Shown: positions 14,934-24,200, counted from the first letter of the stretch. The stretch: DNA of 48,931 bases from Candidatus Staskawiczbacteria bacterium (GCA_049513595.1 JBEKVX010000001.1:1-48931), one strand, 5' to 3'. Notes: generated by a model not told the origin, from the sequence alone. A program made the numbers and translations.

Positions 14934-15299
14934 AAAAGTGAAGTTCGAAGGTCTGGGGAAGAGGGTAACACCTCAACCCCAAGCAACAAGGAGGGTGCAT
15001 TATGCAAACGCCGCCGGGCTGAGTCCTCGTGTCTGTGGCAATACAGACACAGCAGCTCTCGGGCAAGCGTGTGCCTTTCGTTGTGTCTAACGGATCCATT
15101 GCGAGTCCGCAAGTCCTAGAAAAGTCCTAGCCAGAACCATCCTAGGTCGATTCCAGAGAACTCGGATAAAACAATGTAGAGCATAGACCCAGACGCAACG
15201 TCGGCGCATAAGACCAGCCCACCAGTCGTTTACAGCGACAACACACTCTTCATGGGGGCGGTCGGTCTCTAAACAAGATCGCCGCTCCCGATTTTTTTT
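14934..15299 (+). ncRNA. Candidate GC-rich ncRNA of about 365 nt (unknown class)
   Basis: It is bounded by a consensus promoter and by a strong terminator (15254-15299) whose stem needs G:U pairs, so it forms only in plus-strand RNA. It has no credible ORF, only a 6-codon ORF (MQTPPG) behind AAGGAGGGTG. Multiple hairpins are present, for example gtgtctgt/acagacac. Confidence 0.4.
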
Positions 15300-15314
15300 A
15301 CAAAAATTTACAAT

Positions 15315-15336
15315 AAAAAAGCTAAGCGAACTTAGC
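15315..15336 (-). terminator. Intrinsic terminator of the HAD gene
   Basis: The minus strand reads GCTAAG-TTCG-CTTAGC followed by a T run. It overlaps the stop codon. Confidence 0.65.
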
Positions 15337-16147
15337 CCATGCTCTCGTTGCCCAGCCACCAATCGATGACGTCCAAAACGCCACGGGTATATGGGTGAAT
15401 CGAGACCTTACCGCGGTGCTCCCTTACAAATTTAATACAACCGGGCGTTGCATTGCTTGGGCATCCGATTCTGCCAACACTCCTGAAGAGTGGAAAATCC
15501 GACTCTGAATCGCCTACGGCAATGCACCAGGAAGGATCCCAACCCTCGATTCCCATCAGGAACTTTACTGCGGTTCCTTTGCTGACACCGGCAGGAATTA
15601 TGTTAATTGCCCTGTTAAAGTAGCGCTCAACCTTCAGCCGGCGTCTTTTTATCCATTTGTACAATGACCAGCCATGCCTGCGCCATTGTCTTTGTATGAT
15701 ATCGTTTATGGCGGGTTCCAACTCGACCGAAGACCCAGCTTTTTTTTCCAAGCTTTGGCACACCATGTAGCCCAAGTATCTTTGCAGATACCTGTGTCTG
15801 GCCAGTATCGCCGGCACTTTTTTGTTTGCCACCCATTTGAAGAATTTCTCCATGTCGGGCGTGATTGCCGGATTCATTTTCACTTCACGAGTAGTGGGAT
15901 TAAAAAGCGCAGCGCCGCCTTCTACAATCATCCATGAATTTACCATCCCGAAAAAATTGGCCATCAGCTCGACAGAATTTCTGTCTCTGCCAGAGCAGAG
16001 CCGAATACTGGGTCCGTCTCCCACATGGCCGCACCGAGCCAGACGAGCAATTCCGGCGTTTGCTTCATAGTAATCAAGGCAAACGTTTCCGTCTGATGAC
16101 GTAAGGCACCCGTCTATGTCCAAAAGCACGCCAAATTTATTGTCCAT
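15332..16147 (-). CDS. HAD-superfamily hydrolase (Cof/HAD-IIB-like phosphatase)
   Basis: DIDGCL (DxDG motif I) and GDSESD (motif IV). Confidence 0.7.
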   Translation of the reverse strand: MDNKFGVLLDIDGCLTSSDGNVCLDYYEANAGIARLARCGHVGDGPSIRLCSGRDRNSVELMANFFGMVNSWMIVEGGAALFNPTTREVKMNPAITPDMEKFFKWVANKKVPAILARHRYLQRYLGYMVCQSLEKKAGSSVELEPAINDIIQRQWRRHGWSLYKWIKRRRLKVERYFNRAINIIPAGVSKGTAVKFLMGIEGWDPSWCIAVGDSESDFPLFRSVGRIGCPSNATPGCIKFVREHRGKVSIHPYTRGVLDVIDWWLGNESMG

Positions 16148-16271
16148 GGTTTCCCCCGCGTTAGAAAGTCCGATTGAAATGTTAAAGACCAGAAGACCTT
16201 TTATAATATTGTATCTTTAAGATGTTGTTGTCAATCTTGCTTTGCTAATTTATTTTTGGTATAAATATATT

Positions 16272-17510
16272 ATGGTATTTAATAAAAAAATAATTTATTC
16301 GATTGCCTTGGTTGTGGCTTTCATCGCTGTTTTTGGTTTGGGTATTTGGGTCGGCGTTACAAAAATTGCTTATCACGTGCCGCAGCCCGGCACAATTGAT
16401 TTTTCGCTTTTTTGGGACGCGTACGGAAAACTTCAGCAAAATTTTATTGACCCATCAAAAATTGACAACCAAAAAGTGATTTACGGAGCCATTGAAGGAA
16501 TGACAAATTCTTTAGGAGATCCGTACACGGAATTTTTTAATCCTCAGCAGGCGCAAATATTCCAATCGGATTTAGCCGGTTCATTTGACGGCATTGGCGT
16601 GGAAATTGGCATGAAAAATGATTTGCTGACCGTGATTGCTCCTCTGCCCGGAACTCCAGGTGACAATGCAGGATTAAAGTCCGGAGATGAAATTTTAAAA
16701 ATAAATGGGAAGGATGCCACAAACACGACAGTAGACGAGGCGGTGGATTTAATCCGCGGGCCAAAAGGAACTTCTGTTACTTTAAATATTTTTAGAAATG
16801 GATGGAGCAGCGCAAGGGACTTTAAGATTACGAGAGATACAATTGTAGTCCCGTCAATGAAGTGGTCATTGAAAGACAACGACGTTGCCTATATACAAAT
16901 TTTCCAATTTGACGAAACGCTTCCTTCTGATTTCAAGACAGCAGCTCTTCAAATTTTACAAAGTCCGGCAAAAAAAATTGTATTGGACTTAAGGGGCGAC
17001 CCCGGAGGATATCTTGAATCCGCCCAGGATGTTGCCGGCTGGTTTTTGCAAAACGGGCAGACAGTGGCAGCCGAGGACTTTGGAAAAAACAAAACAGAAG
17101 ATTGCGGAGTCAATAAATCCGTTGTAGTCAACGGAGAAACAGAGTGCTTATATGTTGCGCAAGGAAACGCCGAACTGGCAAATTATCCAATTGTTGTTTT
17201 GATTGACCAGGGTTCTGCCTCCGCATCAGAAATTTTAGCCGGCGCCCTGCGCGATAACAAAAATATAAAATTAATCGGAACAAAGTCATTTGGCAAGGGT
17301 TCGGTTCAGGAAGTCGTAAATTTAAATGGCGGTTCATTTTTGAAAATTACAATTGCCAGATGGCTGACTCCAAAAGGAAATTCAATTTCAGAAATTGGAT
17401 TGACTCCAGATGTAAAAGTTGATATCACCGACCAAGACATATCAGCCAAAAAAGACCCGCAACTTGATAAAGCCCTTGAAATTGTGCAATCTATGCCCAC
17501 AGGAAAATAG
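16272..17510 (+). CDS. Carboxyl-terminal processing protease (S41) with PDZ domain
   Basis: GIGVEI...PLPGTPGDNAGLKSGDEILKING (PDZ), GSASASEI and KSFGKGSVQ motifs. Start taken at ATG 16272 (MVFNKK...). Confidence 0.88.
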   Translation: MVFNKKIIYSIALVVAFIAVFGLGIWVGVTKIAYHVPQPGTIDFSLFWDAYGKLQQNFIDPSKIDNQKVIYGAIEGMTNSLGDPYTEFFNPQQAQIFQSDLAGSFDGIGVEIGMKNDLLTVIAPLPGTPGDNAGLKSGDEILKINGKDATNTTVDEAVDLIRGPKGTSVTLNIFRNGWSSARDFKITRDTIVVPSMKWSLKDNDVAYIQIFQFDETLPSDFKTAALQILQSPAKKIVLDLRGDPGGYLESAQDVAGWFLQNGQTVAAEDFGKNKTEDCGVNKSVVVNGETECLYVAQGNAELANYPIVVLIDQGSASASEILAGALRDNKNIKLIGTKSFGKGSVQEVVNLNGGSFLKITIARWLTPKGNSISEIGLTPDVKVDITDQDISAKKDPQLDKALEIVQSMPTGK

Positions 17511-17546
17511 AAATTATTTAAATTTGTTTATTCCAAAAATTTATTA

Positions 17547-17568
17547 AGCCCCGAAAAGGGGCTTTTTG
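17547..17568 (+). terminator. Intrinsic terminator
   Basis: agcccc-gaaaa-ggggct followed by a T run. Confidence 0.75.
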
Positions 17569-17617
17569 GTTGCATTTTTATTTTAAAAAAGTAAAATAAT
17601 AGAATAAACAAAAAATT

Positions 17618-18736
17618 ATGTCAGAAAATTTAAGAAACAATGAAAACCCTACCGAGAGGACAGAACCCGCCGATTTTTTTCCCGAAGAAGTCCCCGCTGT
17701 TGAAAAACAAGATAAAGCGTTAGAAAAGGAAACAAAGAAAAAAGATGAGGAAGAAATTTTGCGATTACAAAAAGAAATTGCTATCCAGTATAACGAAACT
17801 GCAGAAAATGGGGAAGATAATATCAAAACTCCTGAACCCAAAATACTAGAGCAAAAGCCATCACCTGCTTCAAGAATAATTGGAAAAGTTAAATCCTGGT
17901 TTTCAGAATTTTTTACGATAAAATCCCAAGAAAAAATTCAAGATAATAAAAAAGCAGAAAAATTTCTAACACCTGTTTTCAAACCATTTTTTGTTGATTC
18001 TAATCACGACAATGAATTTTCCATCAGGCCGGGAGGAGGTGAAGGATTTGTGGAAATAAAAACAACTGCAAGGGCGAACGACAAGGAGCCAGATGATTTT
18101 AATGCAGATTTCTCTGTAGGGATAGAAACCTATGCTAGGCCCGTAATATTAGATGGTGGTAGCGCAGGATTAGAGTGCATATATGCACAATTTACTGTGG
18201 GAAACAAAAAAATAGAGTTTTGGGATATTGTTCCTCCAGGAATTGAATTATTCATAGGAGGTACTGGTTATGACTTTAACTATAAAATAAATCGTGCCTA
18301 CGATGGCAACGAATCTCATACATGGATTACCGAAGAGCGGGTAAGGGTGAATAGATTTGCCTCGCCTTATGATTTTGTTGCCGTGCTCCATGAGGTGGGT
18401 CATGCGATTAATGACCACAAAAAATTGGCAAAAGATTGGATTGATGAATCTTGTACTATGGCGGACGCGCCTTTTATTTTGGGACAGAAACAAGAAGCTT
18501 TGATAGTCCAAAGCGAGAGGGACGCTTGGGCAGAAGCTATTAAAATTGCAAGAAAAAATGGCTTGTCAATTGAAAAATATATAATGAAAATAGCACAAGA
18601 TAGCTTGAGCACTTATCAAAAATTTGTAGACGAAGGCAATAATTTTACAGGCAAAAATGTTGAAGTGGGGTATACTAATGAAAGAAGAAGGAAAATGAGG
18701 CGTGCAGGAAAAAATTTAAAAGAATTTAAAAAATAG
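17618..18736 (+). CDS. Hypothetical HExxH (zinc-metallopeptidase-like) protein with a charged N-terminal region
   Basis: LHEVGHAIND ... SERDAWAEAIK. It resembles ORF 22382-23053 around this motif. Confidence 0.6.
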   Translation: MSENLRNNENPTERTEPADFFPEEVPAVEKQDKALEKETKKKDEEEILRLQKEIAIQYNETAENGEDNIKTPEPKILEQKPSPASRIIGKVKSWFSEFFTIKSQEKIQDNKKAEKFLTPVFKPFFVDSNHDNEFSIRPGGGEGFVEIKTTARANDKEPDDFNADFSVGIETYARPVILDGGSAGLECIYAQFTVGNKKIEFWDIVPPGIELFIGGTGYDFNYKINRAYDGNESHTWITEERVRVNRFASPYDFVAVLHEVGHAINDHKKLAKDWIDESCTMADAPFILGQKQEALIVQSERDAWAEAIKIARKNGLSIEKYIMKIAQDSLSTYQKFVDEGNNFTGKNVEVGYTNERRRKMRRAGKNLKEFKK

Positions 18737-18888
18737 AAATGCCTCTTATGGGTTTATTGTATTTATAGTGTCGTTGTTGTAATATAAATTATTGAATAAA
18801 TAGTCCTAACTCCTGCAAACCCCTTGAAATTGTTAATACAATAAAGTAGAATATAAAATTGTATAAAGTAAAATAGATAAAAATCACT

Positions 18889-19359
18889 ATGAAGGTTATA
18901 TTGCTGCAAGACGTTGAAGGTCTTGGAAAAAAATATGAAATAAAAGATGTAAAAGATGGCCATGCCAGAAACCTTTTAATTCCAGAAGAAAAAGCAAGGG
19001 CTGCAACAAGAGTCGCATTAAAATGGCTTGCCGAGCAAAAAGAAATTATAGAAAAACAAGCGGAAGAGGACTTGAAAAAAGCGCAGGAAGTTGCCTCGAG
19101 TTTAGACGGATTTGAATTAAATATTGCAGTTAAAGTCGGAGATGAAGGGCAGCTTTTTGAATCGATTAACAACCAAAAAATTGTAGAAAAATTGAAAGAA
19201 GCCGGATTTGAAGTTAAAAAATCGCAGGTTGATTTAAAAAATCCAATTAAAGAACTTGGAGAATTTCCAGTGAACATAAAATTAGACCACAATTTAGAGG
19301 CAGAAATAAAAATAATAATAACCGCAGAAAAAACAAACGTAAAAACAGAAGAAGAATAA
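18889..19359 (+). CDS. rplI: 50S ribosomal protein L9
   Basis: MKVILLQDVEGLGKKYEIKDVKDGHARNLLIP. Confidence 0.93.
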   Translation: MKVILLQDVEGLGKKYEIKDVKDGHARNLLIPEEKARAATRVALKWLAEQKEIIEKQAEEDLKKAQEVASSLDGFELNIAVKVGDEGQLFESINNQKIVEKLKEAGFEVKKSQVDLKNPIKELGEFPVNIKLDHNLEAEIKIIITAEKTNVKTEEE

Positions 19360-19360
19360 T

Positions 19361-21028
19361 ATGCCAACAAAATATATTTTCGTCGCGGGAGGAGTAATGT
19401 CGGGCATCGGAAAAGGAATTGCCACTGCCTCCATCGGAAGAATTCTAAAAAGCAAGGGGTTTAAAGTTACTGCTATAAAAATCGACCCGTATATCAATGT
19501 TGATGCAGGAACCATGAACCCAGTCGAGCACGGAGAAGTTTTTGTGACCGACGACGGAATTGAATGCGATCAGGATGTGGGAAATTATGAAAGATTTTTA
19601 GACGAAAATATCTACACCGACAACTATATGACAACCGGCAAGGTTTACTTATCGGTAATAAATAAGGAAAGAAACCTGGAATATAATGGCGAATGCGTTT
19701 CAGTAATTCCCGGAATTCCAAACGAAGTTATAGACACAATTAAAAGAGCAGGAAAAAAAGCAAAAGCGGATTTTGTTTTAATTGAAATCGGCGGAACCGT
19801 CGGCGACTACCAGGACTTGATTTTTTTAGAGGCCGCCAGAATGATGAAACTTGCACAACCAAAAGACGTGCTTTTTATTTTGGTCAGCTATCTGCCGGTG
19901 CCAGCAATGATCGGAGAAATGAAAACAAAACCAACCCAACAGGCGGTAAGATATTTAAACGAGGCCGGCTTGCAGGCCGACATGATTTTGGCAAGGTCGG
20001 AGGTTCCAATGGATGAACCAAGAAAAAAGAAGCTGGCAATTTATTGCAATATACACCCAGACGACGTAGTTGCGGCCCCTGATGTCAAATCCATTTATGA
20101 AGTGCCGATAAACTTTGAAGACGAAGATATCGGAAATAAAATTTTAAAAAAATTAGGCATTAAGCCAAGGGCAAGCGAATTAAAAGAATGGGGTGATTTG
20201 GTAAAGTTGATAAGAAATCATCCCAAGGAGGTTAAAATTGGTATCGTGGGAAAATATTTTGAGAGTGGAAAATTTACTCTGATGGACTCGTATATATCTG
20301 TTATTGAATCCATAAAACATGCTGCGTTTTCTCAAAACAGAAAGGCAAATATATCCTGGATATCATCAGAAAATTTTGAAAAAGACCCGAAATCGCTGGA
20401 AGAATTAGATAAATACGACGGCATAGTTGTCCCAGGAGGGTTTGGAAACAGGGGAATAGAGGGGAAAATTAAAGCAATTGAATATTGCAGAAAAAATAAA
20501 ATTCCGTTTTTGGGATTGTGCCTGGGGCTTCAGCTTTCTGTGATTGAATTTGCCAGAAACGTTGCCGGCATTAAAGACGCTACATCAAGAGAATTTGACA
20601 AAAACGCTAAAAACCCAGTGATTGATGTAATGCAGGAACAGAAAAAATTATTAAAAGAAAAACATTATGGCGGGACAATGCGGCTTGGCGCATATGACTG
20701 CTTAGTTCAAAAGAACACAATAAGCCACAGGGCATACAAAGACTGGACCAAAGATGCAAAAGGACCGTATATGATTTCCGAACGACATCGGCACAGATAT
20801 GAGGTAAACAATGATTATCGCGATATTCTTAAAGAAAAAGGCCTTGTGGTTGCTGGTATCAACCCAAAAAAAGATTTAATAGAAATAATTGAAATTAAAA
20901 ATCATCCATTTTTTGTTGCCACGCAATTCCATCCAGAATTTAAATCAAGACCTTTAAAACCGCATCCGTTATTTAAAGAATTTATTAAAGCCGCGATTAA
21001 ATCTGAGAATAAAAAAACCGCCGCTTGA
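19361..21028 (+). CDS. pyrG: CTP synthase
   Basis: KYIFVAGGVMSGIGKG, a GATase domain with the GLCLGLQ catalytic Cys, 555 aa. Confidence 0.97.
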   Translation: MPTKYIFVAGGVMSGIGKGIATASIGRILKSKGFKVTAIKIDPYINVDAGTMNPVEHGEVFVTDDGIECDQDVGNYERFLDENIYTDNYMTTGKVYLSVINKERNLEYNGECVSVIPGIPNEVIDTIKRAGKKAKADFVLIEIGGTVGDYQDLIFLEAARMMKLAQPKDVLFILVSYLPVPAMIGEMKTKPTQQAVRYLNEAGLQADMILARSEVPMDEPRKKKLAIYCNIHPDDVVAAPDVKSIYEVPINFEDEDIGNKILKKLGIKPRASELKEWGDLVKLIRNHPKEVKIGIVGKYFESGKFTLMDSYISVIESIKHAAFSQNRKANISWISSENFEKDPKSLEELDKYDGIVVPGGFGNRGIEGKIKAIEYCRKNKIPFLGLCLGLQLSVIEFARNVAGIKDATSREFDKNAKNPVIDVMQEQKKLLKEKHYGGTMRLGAYDCLVQKNTISHRAYKDWTKDAKGPYMISERHRHRYEVNNDYRDILKEKGLVVAGINPKKDLIEIIEIKNHPFFVATQFHPEFKSRPLKPHPLFKEFIKAAIKSENKKTAA

Positions 21029-21047
21029 TGCGGCTGGTTTTAAAATC

Positions 21048-21335
21048 TTATTTTGATTTTGCCGGCTCTACTGAAACAATCTTTGCAGACCTCAAAGAAC
21101 CGTCAAAAAGTTTTTTTGTTTGTGAAGAAAATTTAACTACCCCGTCTTTCATAGCATAAATTGTATCGTCAGAACCTTTCTTCACGTTTTTTCCGACAAG
21201 ATATTTTGTTCCTCTCTGCCTTATGATTATCATTCCGATTTTGGCAAATTGCCCGTCAGAAATTTTAATTCCCAGGCGCTGGGCCGCTGAATCTCTGCCA
21301 AGCCGAGATGAACCTCCTTGTTTTGTCTTAGACAT
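21048..21335 (-). CDS. rpmA: 50S ribosomal protein L27
   Basis: [18 protein letters not shown]...IIIRQRGTK. Confidence 0.93.
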   Translation of the reverse strand: MSKTKQGGSSRLGRDSAAQRLGIKISDGQFAKIGMIIIRQRGTKYLVGKNVKKGSDDTIYAMKDGVVKFSSQTKKLFDGSLRSAKIVSVEPAKSK

Positions 21336-21523
21336 ATCAGGACCGCTCGCTCACCAATCTTTTTCTACTGCAACTTGTAATTTCGGCTGCAAAATCATAA
21401 AATCTCGTCGGCAGACATTACTTCGTTAGTATACCTTCTCGATTTTCTGATTTTTCGCACGAAATTACTGCGTTTCGCTACGAAAAAATTGGTAATCGAC
21501 CGGCCTAGTTTTAAAATTATTAT

Positions 21524-21688
21524 ATGAATTTTATCTTAACAAAATTTTTATCCTTTGTCAAATCTCATTTTAATGATATAATGATATTTATTATAGTTGC
21601 GCTTTTGATTTTGCTTTCATTCGCAGCGGGCTACATAATCGCAAAATATCAATCGAAGGCGCCAATAACAATAGGACAAAAACAATGA
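21524..21688 (+). CDS. Small membrane protein (54 aa), translationally coupled to uppS
   Basis: ATG at 21524. One TM segment (IMIFIIVALLILLSFAAGYII). Its stop overlaps the uppS start as ATGA (21685-21688). Confidence 0.4.
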   Translation: MNFILTKFLSFVKSHFNDIMIFIIVALLILLSFAAGYIIAKYQSKAPITIGQKQ

Positions 21689-22368
21689 ATATTCCGCAAC
21701 ACATTGTATTGTTTCCAGACGGCAACCGCCGCTGGGCAAAACAAAAAGGATTAATATCTTTAGAGGGCCACAAAAGGGGCTATGATAATCTTTTGGATTT
21801 TTCCGAATGGTGCAAAAACAGGGGAGTAAAAACGCTCACTGCTTTTGGATTTTCAACTGAAAACTGGAACAGGTCCAAAGAAGAAGTTGACTATTTAATG
21901 AAACTTTTAGAAAACTGCCTGATAGATAATTTATCAAAATATGATAAAGATGGCGTGAGGGTAAGAGTGATAGGGCAGCGCGAGCGTCTTCCAAAATCAT
22001 TGCAGGAGGCCATTAAAAAAACTGAGGAAGCTACAAAAAACAATTCAAATCTTTTTTTAAATTTAGCAATCAGCTACGGAGGCAAATGGGATATTTTGCA
22101 AGCAGTAAAAAAAATTGTTGAAGCAAATATTCCTGCAGACCAAATTGATGAAAAATTATTTGAAAACTGTTTATCGACTGCAGGATTGCCAGCCCCCGAC
22201 TTTATAATCCGCGCTGGCGGAGAAATGCGAATGTCTAACTTTGTCTTATGGCAGGCAGCTTATTCAGAATTATATTTTTGTCCAAAGTTCTGGCCGGACT
22301 TTACCGAACAGGACTTAGATGTCGCATTGGCAGAATTTGACAAACGTTCCCGAAGATTCGGAAAATAA
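21685..22368 (+). CDS. uppS: Undecaprenyl (di-trans,poly-cis) diphosphate synthase
   Basis: HIVLFPDGNRRWA, FSTENWNRS and RAGGEMRMSNFVLWQ. Confidence 0.95.
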   Translation: MNIPQHIVLFPDGNRRWAKQKGLISLEGHKRGYDNLLDFSEWCKNRGVKTLTAFGFSTENWNRSKEEVDYLMKLLENCLIDNLSKYDKDGVRVRVIGQRERLPKSLQEAIKKTEEATKNNSNLFLNLAISYGGKWDILQAVKKIVEANIPADQIDEKLFENCLSTAGLPAPDFIIRAGGEMRMSNFVLWQAAYSELYFCPKFWPDFTEQDLDVALAEFDKRSRRFGK

Positions 22369-22381
22369 CTTTAAAAATAAG

Positions 22382-23053
22382 ATGGAAAATCCAGAACAAA
22401 AGAAATCACCTGAATACAAACCAAGTCCCGATAATCATGTACCAAATCCAGAAATGGTAGAATTTTTTGAAACTGAAGTTTATCCAGTGCTCTCTCAACT
22501 TTTTGAGCACAGATATCCTATTGCCGAAGTTCAACAAAGATATAATCAATTGGCGACACAAATAACAAACCGTTTTCATCGTCCAGAGTTACCAGTTAAA
22601 TTATCCGACGTAGAATCAAAAGATAATGCTGGTAATAATTTATTGCCAATGGGATGTGATTTCAAGGATGGCCAACCTTCTATCTCGTTGTTTGTTCCAA
22701 CGTTAAAAAAAATATTCGACATGGAAAAAGCGATGAACCCGGAAAAACATAAAGAACGATACGAAGATAGTATTGTAGTCGGTTATCTTCACGAACTTGA
22801 CCATTTGGCAGGGGGTTTTATTGGAACCATAGATGAAAATCTGCAAACAACAATCGATCACGAATGCCTCACTTGGGCAGAAACATGCGAACACACCATA
22901 AAATTTTTTGTTGAGACGGGCAGAGAAGTTAACCAAAGTGATTTATCTTTTTATAACACCTGGAAAAAATGCGGCCGTAATCCGTACAGCAAAAGATGGC
23001 GCGATTTTATGTCAAATATGTACGGCGGACTGAAACGCAACAAGGGTAAATAG
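22382..23053 (+). CDS. Hypothetical HExxH protein
   Basis: LHELDHLAG ... HECLTWAETCE. Start taken at ATG 22382 (MENPEQKK) to avoid overlapping uppS. Confidence 0.6.
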   Translation: MENPEQKKSPEYKPSPDNHVPNPEMVEFFETEVYPVLSQLFEHRYPIAEVQQRYNQLATQITNRFHRPELPVKLSDVESKDNAGNNLLPMGCDFKDGQPSISLFVPTLKKIFDMEKAMNPEKHKERYEDSIVVGYLHELDHLAGGFIGTIDENLQTTIDHECLTWAETCEHTIKFFVETGREVNQSDLSFYNTWKKCGRNPYSKRWRDFMSNMYGGLKRNKGK

Positions 23054-23054
23054 A

Positions 23055-23075
23055 TTTTATTGTGCGACAAATCAT
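23055..23075 (+). repeat. Direct repeat DR1 (ttttattgtgcgacaaatcat), core ATTGTGCGACA
   Basis: 21/21 identity with 23551-23571. A GGGAAGC box lies 36 nt downstream of the core. Confidence 0.85.
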
Positions 23076-23191
23076 GGCACACACACAAAGAGCGGGGAAG
23101 CAAAACAAAAAATTGATTAAAATTATATTTTATGATAATCTTTAATATGCGTCGTTTGAGGAAAGATGACGTTCTAAAATGGAGGGATGCC

Positions 23192-23530
23192 ATGAAAACG
23201 GCGGAGATTACCTTGTACCGAGTTGGCATGCAGGTTACCTGGATTGATGAGATTCCCAAAGAAGAGGGCTTAGTCCTGCTGGATGAAAGCTGGGCTGTGG
23301 AAACCACGCTTGACAAGAAAACAGAACTCAGTATGGCTGCCAGTCGGATATATTCTGGCAGCGTCCGGATGCTGGAAAAACTCAAGCGAAGCTACGGTCC
23401 CGGCCCCTTTACGGTGACCTGCGCCTCTTCTGAGTTCGCCAACCGTGATACGAGCCACCCTCAGCACATTCAAATCAATGCAGCGCCGGGAAAATCTTTT
23501 TCCGGCTACTGGTTCAAGCTCGTTGAGTGA
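23192..23530 (+). CDS. Hypothetical protein (112 aa) in a GC-rich cassette
   Basis: ATG 5 nt after GGAGGG (MKTAEITLYRVG...). The upstream part of track ORF 23132 is AT-rich promoter DNA. Confidence 0.5.
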   Translation: MKTAEITLYRVGMQVTWIDEIPKEEGLVLLDESWAVETTLDKKTELSMAASRIYSGSVRMLEKLKRSYGPGPFTVTCASSEFANRDTSHPQHIQINAAPGKSFSGYWFKLVE

Positions 23531-23550
23531 GCGCACGCACACAACGACTT

Positions 23551-23571
23551 TTTTATTGTGCGACAAATCAT
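23551..23571 (+). repeat. Direct repeat DR2 (ttttattgtgcgacaaatcat)
   Basis: Identical to DR1. A GGGAAGC box lies 34 nt downstream. Confidence 0.85.
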
Positions 23572-23603
23572 TGCCCATAGACAGGATAGGGAAGCGAGAG
23601 TAC

Positions 23604-23634
23604 TAAAAAAACAGGCGTTGGCCTGTTTTTTTTA
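23604..23634. terminator. Bidirectional intrinsic terminator
   Basis: An A run, then acaggc-gttg-gcctgt, then a T run. It lies between convergent genes. Confidence 0.7.
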
Positions 23635-23636
23635 TT

Positions 23637-24128
23637 TTACGATGTTTTAGACAATGTCTTTGCCATTTCCAGCCATTTTGGCTGGCGCGGCCTGTTTTTA
23701 TATTTTGCAGATGACTTATGAATTTCTATAAGAGTGCACAAATCATTTTTTTTCCAGGCGGCCAAATATTTTCCTTTATTTTTTTGAATTATCTCAACTC
23801 CTTTTGCCCAAAGTTCAAAATCCTTTTTCTTTTTATTAGCCAAACAATTTTTCCGGAAAAATGGCACAACAGTTTCTGCAATATCGCTTATCTTCTGCAC
23901 CGAAAACCTTGCCTGGTCTTTTGATACGCAAATTTCTCCGCAGGCCATCTTGTTTTTTATTTTTTCTAGAACTTTTATATTTCCTTTCGGCGAAGTTATC
24001 ACAAACTGCGCTTTCCACCTGTAATAAGTCGGGGCATTGGTGCGCTCGTGCCTTGTATCTTTTCTAAACTGCAAATCAAAACATCCATCGTTATTTACTA
24101 TACTTGAAATGCTAAATTTTTCTGCCAT
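23637..24128 (-). CDS. LAGLIDADG-type homing endonuclease-like protein (free-standing)
   Basis: N-terminal IVNNDGCF resembles the LAGLIDADG/DGDG motif. The central pattern FSV....D....VVPFF.K..L...K..DFELW and the ...IH.....KN tail match this family's fold pattern as I recall it. Confidence 0.5.
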   Translation of the reverse strand: MAEKFSISSIVNNDGCFDLQFRKDTRHERTNAPTYYRWKAQFVITSPKGNIKVLEKIKNKMACGEICVSKDQARFSVQKISDIAETVVPFFRKNCLANKKKKDFELWAKGVEIIQKNKGKYLAAWKKNDLCTLIEIHKSSAKYKNRPRQPKWLEMAKTLSKTS

Positions 24129-24169
24129 AGTTTTAAAATTTATTTATATTTTATTATACTACGCAGTTC

Positions 24170-24188
24170 ATTATGCGACAATAGTGCC
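24170..24188 (+). repeat. Motif copy attatgcgacaatagtg
   Basis: Near-identical to 25939-25956 (attttgcgacatagtg). Both lie about 40 nt upstream of a minus-strand start codon. Read on the minus strand it gives TTGTCG-17-TATAAT. Confidence 0.6.
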
Positions 24189-24200
24189 CAACACGGTTAC

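Noticed and set aside
14798-15119. ORFs 14798-15112 (-), 14878-15090 (+) and 14916-15119 (+)
   Set aside because: They overlap tRNA-Ala or begin at or upstream of the mapped promoter. They have no RBS and low-complexity products. I treated this region as a candidate ncRNA instead.
14934-15299. Identity as RNase P RNA, tmRNA, SRP RNA or 6S RNA
   Set aside because: Only short chance-level resemblances were seen: gaaaagtcctagcc to the RNase P GGAAAGUCCGGGC box, and cagagaactcggataa to ACAGAAnnCGGCUUA. These sit 30 nt apart rather than about 250 nt apart. There is no T-arm/CCA 3' end, no tag-like ORF and no SRP GGAA helix-8 motif. This needs an Infernal scan to settle.
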